In this document: positions 1-11,572 of the stretch, in pieces
How the letters are laid out: the number at the start of each line of letters is the position of its first letter
How positions within the stretch are numbered: position 1 is the stretch's first letter
Assembly: GCF_006345805.1 (NCBI RefSeq)
Contig: NW_021834199.1
Coordinates: 1-51,080, forward strand
DNA: 51,080 nt
Source of the DNA: Octopus sinensis
Lineage: Eukaryota
Reading direction: 5' to 3'
Program-made: the position numbers and the translations under genes
Notes under the pieces: generated by a model
Told to the model about the DNA's origin: nothing
The model's input: the letters and a program-made list of their open reading frames with translations, nothing else
Databases searched by the model: none

Positions 1-764
1 AGTTGGAGTGCATACATCAACAAGAAGGTCGATATAGCTCGTAGGATGAGTTCCTGGATATAAGAACTTTCCGGTCCAGAGAACAAGGGTCATCATACCA
101 CTTTTTTCCTCTTGTACGGTCACACCTTGAATTAATTGCTGCCACTGTGGTTCTCCTACACAAGACAAAACATCTCCAGAAGGAGTCACCACCAGAGAGG
201 CTCACACTAAACAAATTGAAGGCATGGCTGCTCTCGATTATTGGGATCGCCTTAAAGCCTTGAAACTTTACTCCCTCCAGCGTCGCCGTGAGCGGTACAT
301 CATTTGTACGATGTGGAAAATATACCGCCAACTTTGCCCAAACGACCTAAACATTAGCTTCAAGGTTCATCCAAGACTTGGACCACGGGCTATACGTTCC
401 CTGCCCAATTCAAGATCACAACATACATGTACACTGCAACATAATTTCTTTTCTCAACAGGCCCTGCCTATTTAACATTGTCCCGAGGGAGATCAAAGAA
501 GAAAAGGATCCCTCAACTTTAAACAGAGTCTGGATAGATTCCTTCAAAGATACCAGATAAGCCACCCATAATTGGATACAACTCACCCAACACAAGAACT
601 CACTACTTGAACAAAACTGGATACAACTCACCCAACAAGAACTCACTACTTGAACATAACTTGACTTAAACAGGATTCGAATAATCCTATCAGGTGGTGC
701 TATTAAGTTAGACATGGCCTGGACCAATCTTTGGTCGAAACATATCTAAGTTTTATCTAAGTTT
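1..764 (+). mobile_element. CR1/L2-group LINE, 3' end (degenerate RT C-terminus plus 3' UTR)
   Basis: ORF 224-475 LDYWDRLKALKLYSLQRRRERY is a typical CR1/L2-group C-terminus. Frameshifted continuation ...SLDRFLQ.IPDKP follows. There is an internal ~40 bp direct repeat (573-658), and the element ends in the short tandem tail atctaagttttatctaagtttt. Confidence 0.8.
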
Positions 765-778
765 TATATATATATATC

Positions 779-811
<33 letters not shown>

Positions 812-821
812 CATAGAAATA

Positions 822-1232
822 GGCGCAGGAGTGGCTGTGTGGTAAGTAGCTTGCTTACAAACATCATGGTTCCGGGTTCAGTCCCACTGCGTAGCACCTT
901 GGGTAAGTGTCTTCTGCTATAAGCCTCGGGCCGACCAAAGACTTGTGAGGGGATTTGGTTGACGGAAACTGAAAAGAAGCCCGCCGTATATATGTATACA
1001 TGTATCTGTGTGTGTATATGTTTCTGTGTCTGTGTTTGTCCACACAACAACATCGCTTGACAACCGATGCTGGTGTGTTTACGTCCCCGTAATATAGCGG
1101 TTCGGCAAAGAGAACGATAGAATAAGTACTAGGCTTACAAAGAATAAGTCCTGGGGTCGATTTGCTCGACTAAAGGCGGTACTCCAGCATGGCCATAGTC
1201 AAATGACTGAAACATGTAAAAGAGTAAAAGAG
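822..1232 (+). mobile_element. tRNA-derived SINE, family A (~410 bp, full length; resembles octopus OK/OR-type SINEs, family not verified)
   Basis: A-box/B-box-like head ggctgtgtggtaag...ggttcagtccc and tail ccagcatggccatagtcaaatgactgaaac. Many copies in the window. Confidence 0.85.
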
Positions 1233-1239
1233 AGTATAT

Positions 1240-1306
<67 letters not shown>

Positions 1307-1578
1307 CATACAAGCATATGTAATGATAATAATAAAGGGATGCAAACACATGAACAAAATAAGAATAAACAAAAACAACAGCAGCAAAAACAAATTACAT
1401 GAACGTATATAAACAGAAGATAGAAATATTACAGGCACCCCCCCCACACACACACACACATTAAATAAACATAGATGCACATAGAGATATAAGCATGTGC
1501 AAATGAAGACATACAATAGAAATACAAAATGGCTGACGGTTAGTAAGGAGAGACACAAATAAGAAAGAAGAAAACAAA

Positions 1579-1623
1579 GGACCACTGATGCGGTCACAGG
1601 AGTGTGACGAAAGAACTCTGGCC
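1579..1623 (+). ncRNA. Degenerate type I hammerhead-like motif (A9C)
   Basis: ggacca-CTGATGC-g-gtcac/aggagt/gtgac-GAAA-gaac-TC-tggcc. Stems I and II pair, stem III is minimal, and conserved A9 is replaced by C. Confidence 0.4.
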
Positions 1624-1775
1624 GAAATAAGAGTAAGATTAATGTAAAAAATAAAAAACACTGAAGAAAAGTAACACCAAATATATAGTGCTGTGATTTT
1701 ATTGGCTAACTGGCAAAATGACCATTCCGGAATATAACAATATCTGTTTCAACACACGACTTCACATAAAAAATC

Positions 1776-1804
1776 TTGCCAACAAATATTAAACGTATAT
1801 ATAT

Positions 1805-1869
<65 letters not shown>

Positions 1870-2135
1870 TGTGTGTGTGTGTATATGTAATATATATATT
1901 ATATATATATATATATATACATGTATATACATATATGATACGTATATATACATATATTACGTATATACATCCATATACATTATATATACATATATATATG
2001 TATATATATATTATATATAATATAATATAATATCATGGTATATACATATATATATACGTAATATATACATATATATACGTATATATACATACATATACCA
2101 TTATATATATACATATATATATGTATCTATATATA

Positions 2136-2186
<51 letters not shown>

Positions 2187-2259
2187 TATATACATACATT
2201 TATATTATATATTATATTATATTAGTGCTGTCTGGGACGGAAAAATACAAGCGCCTTGT

Positions 2260-2298
<39 letters not shown>

Positions 2299-2385
2299 GG
2301 TGTGTGGTGTGTGTGTGTGTGGTGTGTGTGTGTGCGTGCGTGTGTTTGTGTGCGTTTGTGTATAATATATATATATATATGTATA
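1776..2385. repeat. Compound (TA)n/(TG)n microsatellite field
   Basis: Direct reading. Source of the YI/CV ORFs. Confidence 0.95.
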
Positions 2386-2714
2386 TAGTCACAAGGAGGG
2401 TATTTAAACATCTTATAGGGAAATTTTTCCAAGATACACTGGTTTAATAAATTAAATTTTGAAGAGATACTTCTTCAATGAATATATTATATAAAATATC
2501 ATAAAATATCAAACATTATTATCGAGGTAGAAAACAGCGAGATCTAATGGATACAAATTAATTTATTAATTAATCAACGTATTCACCAACAATTGTTCCA
2601 TTTCACAAACAAAATTTAAATTACAAAACATATAAATATATAAATTTCGCATTTTTAAATACTTTGTATAGAAAACCATCAGGGTTTCCATGTATTATGT
2701 ATGTATGTATGTAT

Positions 2715-2900
2715 GTATGTATTTATATCATTGTTCAGTTTTATTTCAAGCTTTCTTGCCAATAGAGAAGCGGGCTTTTAACTTAGACCCAAGGCTCCTT
2801 CATTGGAATTTCAGCATCCAACGACAGGTTATTTTTGCTTGTATATATGTATGTAAATGTGCAGATTTGTATGTTTTGTTTTATGTATGTATGCATGTAT
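2715..2900 (-). mobile_element. 3' UTR-only copy of the RLE-type LINE seen at 6625-7090
   Basis: Diverged match to 6640-6830 (ttgccaata...ccaaggctccttca.tggaatttca.catc), embedded in (TATG)n. Confidence 0.6.
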
Positions 2901-2914
2901 GCATGTATGTATGC

Positions 2915-3203
2915 GAGAGCGCATAACTCAGTGGTTAGAGCGTCGGGCTCACAATCATGAAGTAGCGAGTTCGATTCCCGGATCGGGCTGTGCGTTGTGT
3001 TCTTGAACAAGACACTTTGCTTTATTTCATGTTGCTCCAGTTCACTCACTTGTAGAAATTCGTTGCGACGTCACTCGTACCAAGCTGCATCGGCCCTTGT
3101 CCTTCCTTTGGACAACACCAGTCGCGTGGAGAGGGGAGGCTTGTATGCATGGGCGACTGCTGGTCTTCCATAAACAACCTTGCCCAGACTTGTGCCTCGG
3201 AAG
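2915..3203 (+). mobile_element. tRNA-derived SINE, family C
   Basis: Head ctcagtggttagagcg...gagttcgattccc, body tcttgaacaagacacttt...ttgctccagt. Homologous to 38514-38822 (-). Confidence 0.8.
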
Positions 3204-3235
3204 GGAGAGAGATTCCTTAATAAAGACTGCAAGAC

Positions 3236-3465
3236 TCTTCAGCAAAGATATAGGCATGGAATCTGGCACAGATAAGTGTGCGATATTAGTCATGAGAATG
3301 GGGACAGATAGACAACAGCGAAGACAGACGTTAAAATCATCGAAAGAAAGAAAGAGTTATAAGTATCTAGGAGTATTAGAATCTTGAGAAAATTGAGAAG
3401 GAGTGTATCAGAAGGGTGAGGAAGCTAATGAAGTCAAAACTAAATGATTCGAATCCTTTTGTTGG
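3236..3465 (+). pseudogene. R4/Dong-type non-LTR RT fragment
   Basis: FSKDIGMESGTDKCAILVMRMG...KSYKYLGVLES matches the MEFGLDKCA...YKYLG region of R4/Dong RTs. Confidence 0.75.
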
Positions 3466-3559
3466 GATTTTGCTTTGTCTATTTCTTTTCTGTTTACCTT
3501 AACCCAATATTTGCCAATTAGGGTTTTTTCTTGCCATCGTTTTATTACGATACGTCGCG

Positions 3560-4905
3560 GTTCCAGTTTCAGTTTGGATTTCAGTTGTTTTACAGCTTTT
3601 GCTGTTTCTCCTTTTTCGTTGTGGTTGTTAGGTATTATACCCTCTTTTTTGTAATTGTCAGCTCTCTTAAAGACAGAAAACAGTTTTTTGTTTTGTTCGT
3701 GTTTTGTAGCTATTTGTATCAGTTTTCCTTGCTTCTGAAGTAAGTATTTCTGTAATCCTATGGTGGTTATTTTATAATAGTTTTCTAGCTGTATAATGCC
3801 ACCTTCGACATGTTGTATATATGGCCTATCTAGATAGAGTTTGGGTGGTGCTTCCTAAATCCTGTCAGTATTTTTCTTGTTTTCTTGTTTATTTTGATTA
3901 GTTCATTTAGACTCCAGTTAAGAATAAGAAGTAACTTATAACTGGGACGGCTAGAGTGTTGATACACGTTATCTTGTTTTTCGCATTGAGCTCCGTTTTC
4001 ATTATTTTATCTAACTCGTCTATAGTAATTCTTTCTTATCTTCTCTTTCATTTGTGTGTATCGTATCTAGTTCATTGGTTCCTAAATATTTGTATTTCTG
4101 TCTTTCATCTAATTCCCTTATTTTATTTGCTTTATCTAATGTGATATTGCTACACTTAACTAAATTTCCTCTTTTCAAGGTTAATTTGGCACATGTTAAT
4201 TTCAAGGTTACTTTCGCACGTGTTAATTTCTTTGGTAAATCCATGTACTGTCTGTTGTAATGTTTTCAGGTATTTATCATTTGTAGCATACAGTTTTAGA
4301 TCATCCATACACAAGAGATGGTTGATTGTTTAGCCGTAACACGTGTATCCACATCTAGTTCTGTTTAACATGTCAGTTAAAGGTGTCAGTGTCAAGCAGA
4401 AAAGGAGTGAAGAGAGCGTGTCTCCCTGGAATATTCCTCTTCTAATGGGGATGACTTTGGTTTTCATAAGTTCCACTTTTGTCTGGATCTGTAGGACTGT
4501 CTGCCACTTATTCATGACTATTGGTGCTACCTTTTTCATGACTAGCGTTTCTGGGATCTATGTGTGGGGAATACTATCAAATACCTTTCGATAATTGATC
4601 CAAGCCATACTTACACCCTTCTTCTTTCGGCGGCTGTCTTCAGTTATGGCTTTATTGATCAGTAGCTGATCTTTACAGCCGTATGAACCCCTGCATCATA
4701 CCTTCTGCCCTTCTGGAAACAGGTTTTCTTCCAGATGTTTGCCAATTCTCTGCGATATTATTGCAGTAAAGGCTTTGTAAATTGTAGGGAGACAAAATAT
4801 GGGTCTGTAATTTTGTGGGTTTGCCGTTTCAGTGGATTTGAGAATTAGCATAGTTCTCCCTTCTGTGAGCCATTCAGGCATTTCGTCCGTACACCCACAT
4901 TTTAA
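3560..4905 (-). pseudogene. R4/Dong-type LINE reverse transcriptase, frameshifted remnant
   Basis: PEWLTEGRTMLILK...NYRPIFCLPTIYK, RRGIFQGDTLSSLLFCL, MDDLKLY and KYKYLG motifs in successive frames. Confidence 0.85.
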
Positions 4906-5009
4906 AATTAAATGATATAGGAATAAATGAATAACAAAAAAGGTATTCTCAGGCAGAAACAATGTTTATGTGACGTTTTATCGGACGAACGGAATAACGG
5001 AAGCAGACC

Positions 5010-5043
5010 GAAAGAAAGAAAGAAAGAAAGAAAGAAAGAAGGA

Positions 5044-5079
<36 letters not shown>

Positions 5080-5103
5080 AGAAAAAAGAAAGAAAGAAAG
5101 AAG
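5010..5103. repeat. (GAAA)n microsatellite
   Basis: Direct reading. Confidence 0.95.
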
Positions 5104-5866
5104 TGGTGTTATGTGCATAAGTATGTGTATGTATGTATGTGTGTGTGTATATGTGCGTGTATACATATATTTGCATTTATATATAGAGAAGCACACACAA
5201 AGTGAAAGAGGGGAAAGACGGTTTGTGGGGGCACCGGAAGAAAACTGACTATTATGATGAAAACACAAAGCCTGTTAGTTTAATATAAGAGAAGAAGGTT
5301 GTGTTTGATGGACAACATCATCTTGTTCTAATCTAATATCAATGATAGATTCATGTAGTCAAATAAATACATGAGATGCATAGGCATTCACATATATATA
5401 TATATATATATATACTCACACATATACATACATATAATTTTACGACTTCGTAAATAGATGCGTACATAATTTCATACATATACAATCATACAGAAATATA
5501 AACAGATAAACACGCGCATACACACATACACACATGTGTGTGAGTGCGGGGAGGAGTTGGCTAAAAGTGAGACCGGGTAGTAGTAATTTTAAACAATAGT
5601 CAGTTCAATAGAAAACTGTAGAGTCTAACATTTGAAGCGCTAAGTAGTGATGTGTGAAAAATATAAACTTGTTGCTGCTTCAGATATGCCATTCAAAATG
5701 CAGTGAATGGCCTTTCTTACAAGTTTGAATATGTCTCAAGTATATTCGAGCTGGTAACAAGTTACTAATAGCTTTTATATACATGCCGGAAAGCTACACC
5801 GGAAGTGGTGGTCGTACTGCAGCCGTGCTGGGGCACCAAGTTGAAGGGTCTTAGTGTTAAACGAAT

Positions 5867-6159
5867 AGACACCAGTACTTACTTTTAAAACCTAGTACTA
5901 TTGGACTCACAGACACACGCATTTATATGTACATGTATGTGTGCATGCATGGATGTGTGTATATATATATATATATTTATTTTATTTAAAGCAGCAGAAA
6001 ATTCAACAAAACCTGTTACTCTGAGCTTCACGTTGCCGTTCGTCGGACAGTTTTTTCTAGCATATACACACATACATGCATGCATACATACATGTACATA
6101 TAAATGCGTGTGTCTGTGAGTCCAATAGTACTATGTTTTAAAAGTAAGTACTGGTGTCT
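5867..6159. repeat. ~95 bp near-perfect inverted repeat (5867-5964 / 6062-6159) with ~97 bp spacer
   Basis: agacaccagtacttacttttaaaacctagtactattggactcacagacacacgc... versus ...gcgtgtgtctgtgagtccaatagtactatgttttaaaagtaagtactggtgtct. Confidence 0.9.
6011..6052 (-). ncRNA. Minimal type I hammerhead-like motif (U4C, A15.1G)
   Basis: Minus strand ctgt-CCGACGA-acg/GCAA/cgt-GAAG-ctcaga-GTA-acag. Predicted cleavage between 6017 and 6016. Confidence 0.55.
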
Positions 6160-6460
6160 TCAGCAAAGATATAGGCATGGAATCTGGCATAGATAAGTGT
6201 GCGATATTAGTCATGAGAATGGGGACAGATAGACAACAGCGAAGACATCCAATTACCAGATGACCAGACGTTAAAATCATCGAAAGAAAGAAAGAGTTAT
6301 AAGTATCTAGGAGTATTAGAATCTTGAGAAAATTGAGAAGGAGTGTATCAGAAGGGTGAGGAAGCTAATGAAGTCAAAACTAAATGGTTCGAATCCCATT
6401 GTTGGGATTTTGCTTTGTCTATTTCTTTTCTGTTTACCTTAACCCAATATTTGCCAATTA
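6157..6460 (+). repeat. Duplicate of 3236-3520
   Basis: Near-identical. This copy keeps 19 nt (atccaattaccagatgacc) missing at ~3330 and differs by a few substitutions. Confidence 0.92.
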
Positions 6461-6491
6461 TATATATATATTATATATGTGTGTGTATATG

Positions 6492-6533
<42 letters not shown>

Positions 6534-6548
6534 CACACACATATATAA

Positions 6549-6618
<70 letters not shown>

Positions 6619-6624
6619 ATGTAT

Positions 6625-7212
<588 letters not shown>

Positions 7213-7319
7213 TGATGATATCTTTCTGGAACAGCGATGCTGAGTATGAGTATGAAAGTTGTTGCTGAGAAAAAGTTAGCTGTTATGGAGAACTGGAAAC
7301 CATCTGAATAATATTTTAA

Positions 7320-7515
7320 AATTTTGACACAAGGCCAGCAATTTCGGGGTGAGGGATGAAGTCGATTACAGCAACACCAGTGCTCAACTGGTAATTATTT
7401 TGCCGACCCCGAAACGACGAAAGGCAAAGACGACCTCAGCGGACTCAAGACATTAAATCGGACGAAATGCTGCTAAGCCCGGCGTGTTAACGATTCTGCC
7501 AGCACGCCGCCTTAA
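7320..7515 (-). mobile_element. tRNA-derived SINE, family B (diverged)
   Basis: Reverse complement of taaggcggcg.gctggcagaa.cgtta...gaggtcg.ctttgcctttc.tc.tttcggggtcg. Confidence 0.75.
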
Positions 7516-8150
7516 AGTCATCTGCATATGGGAAAAGTGTTATCTCTATCATGATGATCGCGCCGCATATCAAAGTGCTGACACCATGAATGCTACTTTG
7601 TGAACACTGCAAAAGCTGTAAGACGTGACATGCACATCCTGAAAGCCATGTTGCCCAAATTGGGATGATCTTTGAGTGTGTTTCCTGTAAGGGTGTCGTC
7701 ATACCTACCATATCTTTGAACAAGTCCTTTTGGTTCAGACGGCTATGTGAAGCTGCTGGAGTTTATGGTCAAACCCTGGCTAGAGATGGTTACTGTTGGA
7801 ATCTACTGCAGCAGGATTCGACTCCTTTCCGTACTCCTGGAAAGAATTAGAACTAGTTGTCGAAGAATTTCTACCACTTCACTAACCTCAAATTTTGGCT
7901 TCCTAATTCCCTCGATTGTATTTCCAACGATTACTACGTGTGAGGCACGGTTGAGAAGGACACCAACCGCTATACCTGCAACACCATGCCAAGCTGGTAG
8001 CCGATATCAAAGACGTGCTCAAAGATCTTCCCGGTGAGGAACGCATGCACCAAATTCCGGGGTCTTCAGGACGTGGTAGAAGCTGAGTGCAGCTACTTTG
8101 AGTATATTATCTCTTAGCTATAATCTAGTTGATATTTTCTGATTTTTTTT
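7516..8150 (+). pseudogene. Tc1/mariner DD37D (maT-type) transposase remnant
   Basis: QQDSTPFRTPGKN*N*LSKNFYHFTNLKFWLPNSLDCISNDYYV*GTVEKDTNR gives exactly 37 residues between the 2nd and 3rd catalytic D. In-frame stops present. Confidence 0.8.
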
Positions 8151-8155
8151 AAATA

Positions 8156-8730
8156 TTAGGTTGTCCGGAAAGTTCATGCCGATTTATAATAGCTTGCTTT
8201 TCAACTTATTTTAGAATATGTTTGAGTCCATAAAATAGAATTTGACTACACTTCCATTTAGAGAACCGTTTAAGCTATCTTTTCGTGGAAGAATGTTTAT
8301 GTTCCTATAACCGGTGTTAATTCTGTAACCCTTTAAATTGGAAGATAAGAAAGTTCATTTTCGGCACTTGATGCTTTTCTTTTTCCGTAAAAGGGAAAAT
8401 GCCTCACAAGCAACCAAAGAAATATGCACAGTTTACGGTGATGTTTCTTTATCTGAAAGAACTGTACGGAAGTGGTTCACAAGGTTCCGAGCTCGAGATT
8501 GTAGCCTTATTGATAAAGAGCGATCAGACAGACCATTCACTACAGATGATGACCAAATCAAGTCATTAATTGAGAATAACCCACATCGCACAACCCGAGA
8601 ATTGGCAGAAAGCCTCAACCTATCAAAACCCGTCGTTCATGAGCACCTGGTAAAGCTTGGGTAATGGCAAGTATTTATTGACCTTTTTTCTTTCCTCTAA
8701 AAATCGGCACAAACTTTCCGGACAACCCAA
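8156..8730 (+). mobile_element. Internally deleted mariner element with 30 bp TIRs and TA TSD
   Basis: TA|ttaggttgtccggaaagttcatgccgattt ... aaatcggcacaaactttccggacaacccaa|TA (27/30 identity). Confidence 0.92.
8338..8664 (+). CDS. Truncated mariner transposase, N-terminal HTH DNA-binding region only (108 aa)
   Basis: KVHFRHLMLFFF...TVRKWFTRFR...RTTRELAESLNLS. TTG start, no internal stop, catalytic domain deleted. Confidence 0.6.
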   Translation: MEDKKVHFRHLMLFFFRKRENASQATKEICTVYGDVSLSERTVRKWFTRFRARDCSLIDKERSDRPFTTDDDQIKSLIENNPHRTTRELAESLNLSKPVVHEHLVKLG

Positions 8731-8829
8731 TACTTTTGTATTTGCAAAGTATAATGAGTTTTCATTACCTTTTATGCAAAGTGTCAAATTTAGCTCGAAC
8801 AGCCTGTATATATATATATATATCACAGG

Positions 8830-8935
8830 AATCTTTCAGTTTCCGTCTATCAGATCCATTTACAAGGGTTTGGTCGGCATGGTGCTATACATGTGGTTTG
8901 TAAGCAAACTTCTTACTACACATCCATGCCTGCGC
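8830..8935 (-). mobile_element. SINE family A, 5' fragment
   Basis: tctttcagtttccgtcta...gtaagcaaacttcttactaca...cctgcgcct. Confidence 0.7.
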
Positions 8936-9044
8936 CTATATGTGTGTGTCTGAGTCTGTGTCTGTGTGTGCGTGTTTGTGAGTGCGCGCACCATCTCTTG
9001 CCAAGCAGTTATTCAATGATGACGAAGAGGAATAACCCAGAAAC

Positions 9045-9600
9045 AGAGTTACGCATATATTGCTTTGTGCTGTGTGGGGGCACTGGCCTCCTTTGTTCGA
9101 AAATATAAGGACACAGATAGTTTGTCGTATAACCAGAGAGAGACGATGTTTCCTGGGGACTAAATAAGAGTAAAATAGGTCCTAACCGGGACTACCACAT
9201 TATGTTGGCAAATAGTCTTTACTTTACAGTATTGTTATTAAATGCCTCTCGTCGAGAGATCTAGATATAATATATTTCTATTTATTAGATCAGTTGCTGT
9301 GCGTTATTTTGAAAACTACACATATTCGAACAGGAATTTAGCAGCGCCATCTCTAGCCGCGAAGGGAAATAACTCATAAACCGAAATATGCACATATTGC
9401 TTTGTGCTGAGTGGGGACGCTAGACTCCCTATTTTCGAAAATACAGATAGTGTGTCGTATAACCAGCTAGAGAATGTTTTCTGGGGCTAAATAACAGTAA
9501 TATCTGTCCTGCCGGGCTGCCACATTATGATGGCAAAATAATCTTTACCTGAAAGTATTGTTACTGAATGTCTCTGAATGAGAGATTTAGAAACAATAAT
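9045..9600. repeat. Old tandem duplication (~230 bp units at ~9050-9280 and ~9385-9600)
   Basis: Both units read atattgctttgtgctg.gtgggg...tcgaaaata...gtcgtataaccag...ccacattatg.tggcaaa. Clearly diverged. Confidence 0.8.
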
Positions 9601-9635
9601 TTTTGTACATATAAATACACACGCACACACACACA

Positions 9636-9700
<65 letters not shown>

Positions 9701-9719
9701 TATATATATAAGTATATGA

Positions 9720-10250
9720 AAGAATTGAGTTGAACGACTAGTTAACAAATATCCTTTATTCTCGACATATGTTTCGAAGGCTGCATATTCCTAATTCCGA
9801 AGGAATAAGGAGTACATTATGCAGATTTCTCATCAGGAAAATCAAGGAACTTATGTCGACATCAAAATGCACAAAAAACTTTTAGCTGACCGCTCTCAAG
9901 GAGCCCATAGCGATAATGAGTGTCTCTTTATAAGGAGTGACGTCAGAGTGGCTGAATGTAGAAGAATCTAGAAGGTTCTAAAGGTTCAAGGGTTCAAACG
10001 AAGTAGGAGGAGGGAGGCATAAGAATAGTAAGGTGAGAGAGTGCAGGTCAAAAGAATGGTGGGTTTAAATGATTTCTTTTATGAATGAGTGCCTGTGTGT
10101 GTGACTGTATATAACTGTCTGAATGCGTGATTGTGTTTGTGGATGGGTAGATGTCAGAAAATTAAATAAATTAAGGGTAGAAATTGATATTAATCAATTA
10201 AAACCAGTGGCTTAGCATATTTTAAAAATCCGAAGATTAAAAATTGTGTT
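9720..10250 (-). mobile_element. Penelope-like element 3' region / pLTR carrying a hammerhead ribozyme
   Basis: Non-coding pyrimidine-rich segment ending in an HHR, abutting (TA)n. HHRs in pLTRs are an established Penelope-like element feature. Confidence 0.55.
9752..9848 (-). ncRNA. Type I hammerhead ribozyme, canonical core
   Basis: tccttgattttc-CTGATGA-g...c-GAAA-c-atat-GTC-gagaataaagga. Stem I pairs at 11/12 positions, stem II is long (ctgcata/tatgcag, tcct/agga, attcc/ggaat), and stem III is palindromic ACATATGT. Cleavage predicted between 9764 and 9763. Confidence 0.85.
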
Positions 10251-10390
10251 ACATACAAAATTAAGAGGATTGACCACTAAAGTGGACACCCTATATGCTA
10301 AACATAAAAGTCAAATCGCCATTACCACGAAGAGTGTGTTCTCAAGAAAAATCTCAGCAAAACGCCAAAATGCAAAAATGTGCAAGACAA

Positions 10391-10454
10391 ATGAAAATAT
10401 ACGAAATAAAACTACGGTACGTATGTAATCGTTTTTTATTTCGTATATTTTCAT
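10391..10454. repeat. Perfect 21 bp hairpin, 22 nt loop
   Basis: atgaaaatatacgaaataaaa / ttttatttcgtatattttcat. Confidence 0.9.
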
Positions 10455-10499
10455 TTTTCCGATGACTTCCTGGAAAGTTCCATGGATGAGAGCCTTCCC

Positions 10500-10862
10500 A
10501 GAAAGTTCCGAAGGCCTCATGGAAAGTCCTTGGTGTCAATGGCTGCTGTGTGTGACTGGCTTTGAACTGGTTGATCACCCTCCCTATGTTAGTGATTTGG
10601 TTCCTTCTAGTTATCATCTATTTCCCAACATAGAAAAACACTCAACTGAGCACCAGTATCACTATGATGAGAACATCTTATCTGTTGATGATGACCATTT
10701 TGATCAACAGAAAAGCTTATTCACCAGTGCGATCCAAGCACTGCAACTACTTATGGAAGTGTGTGGACAGTAAGAGGAACTATGTTAGAAAATGAACTTC
10801 ATTAGGTCACATTCCATTGAGAGTATCTTGCTCAGATTATGAACATTTCAGCCGACCCTCAT
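10500..10862 (+). pseudogene. mariner transposase 3' fragment with right end
   Basis: DHPPYVSDLVPSSYHLFPN is a degenerate HPPYSPDLAPSDYHLF. It ends in the TIR-like sequence gaacatttcagccgaccctcata. Confidence 0.8.
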
Positions 10863-10907
10863 AATAATAAAAATTATTATTATACCTGCATTTATCTTAA
10901 TGTTAAC

Positions 10908-11340
10908 ATTGGAAAAATCCACGTTATTCATTAAAAAATTAGGACCTGGGTTTGCACCCCCTTAGCAAATTTTGTTGCTGGGCCACTGCTTCAGACCCTC
11001 GATTTAAATTTTCAATTTTCATTCTGTTTTCTTTCTTTCTGTCTTTAATACATTTTATCCCATCTTTTTACCCTTCTCCTGAGTTCTTTTGGATATAGTT
11101 CCCTTTTAACATTACTACTTATCATATCTTAAAGCCGCAGTATAGGCAAAGGCCTTAAATATTGACAACTTACATTTTTTATCTTGTCCTAATTTTGTCA
11201 TATTATCGAAAGGCCTCTTGCGTATATATAAAATAACAACTGTGCTATGTTTATGTTTCTGCTACTGTCCGTTTTTCCCGTGTATATGTGTGTATATGTG
11301 TGTGTGTATATATATGTATGTGTGGGTGTGTGCGTGTATG

Positions 11341-11371
<31 letters not shown>

Positions 11372-11568
11372 TGTGTGTGTGTGTGCGTGCGTATGTGCGT
11401 ATGTGTGTGTGTATATATATATATATGTGTGTGTATGTGTGTGTGTGTGTGTGTGTATGTGTGTGTGTGTGTTTTCATATCAAGATTGGAAAAATCCACC
11501 TTGTTTGTAAAAAGTTTTTGACCTGGGTTTGCACCCGCTAAGAAAATCCTGTTCCCGGGCCACTGCGC
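10908..11568. repeat. Two diverged direct copies (~85 bp; 10908-10992, 11484-11568) of a DNA-transposon-like end
   Basis: Both read attggaaaaatccac...gacctgggtttgcaccc...gggccactgc. Confidence 0.6.
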
Positions 11569-11572
11569 TTTA

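Noticed and set aside
2620-2690. Hammerhead on the minus strand (CTGATGG...CGAAA)
   Set aside because: A9 is changed, and stems I and III cannot be formed convincingly.
2915-2990. tRNA-like sequences (also 13480-13548, 38750-38822, 40160-40215, 40385-40450)
   Set aside because: They lack a proper acceptor stem and continue into shared SINE bodies, so they are SINE heads.
3236-4905. Twin-priming 5' inversion of a single LINE
   Set aside because: The plus and minus fragments cover the same RT region (YKYLG) with different sequences, so they are two separate insertions.
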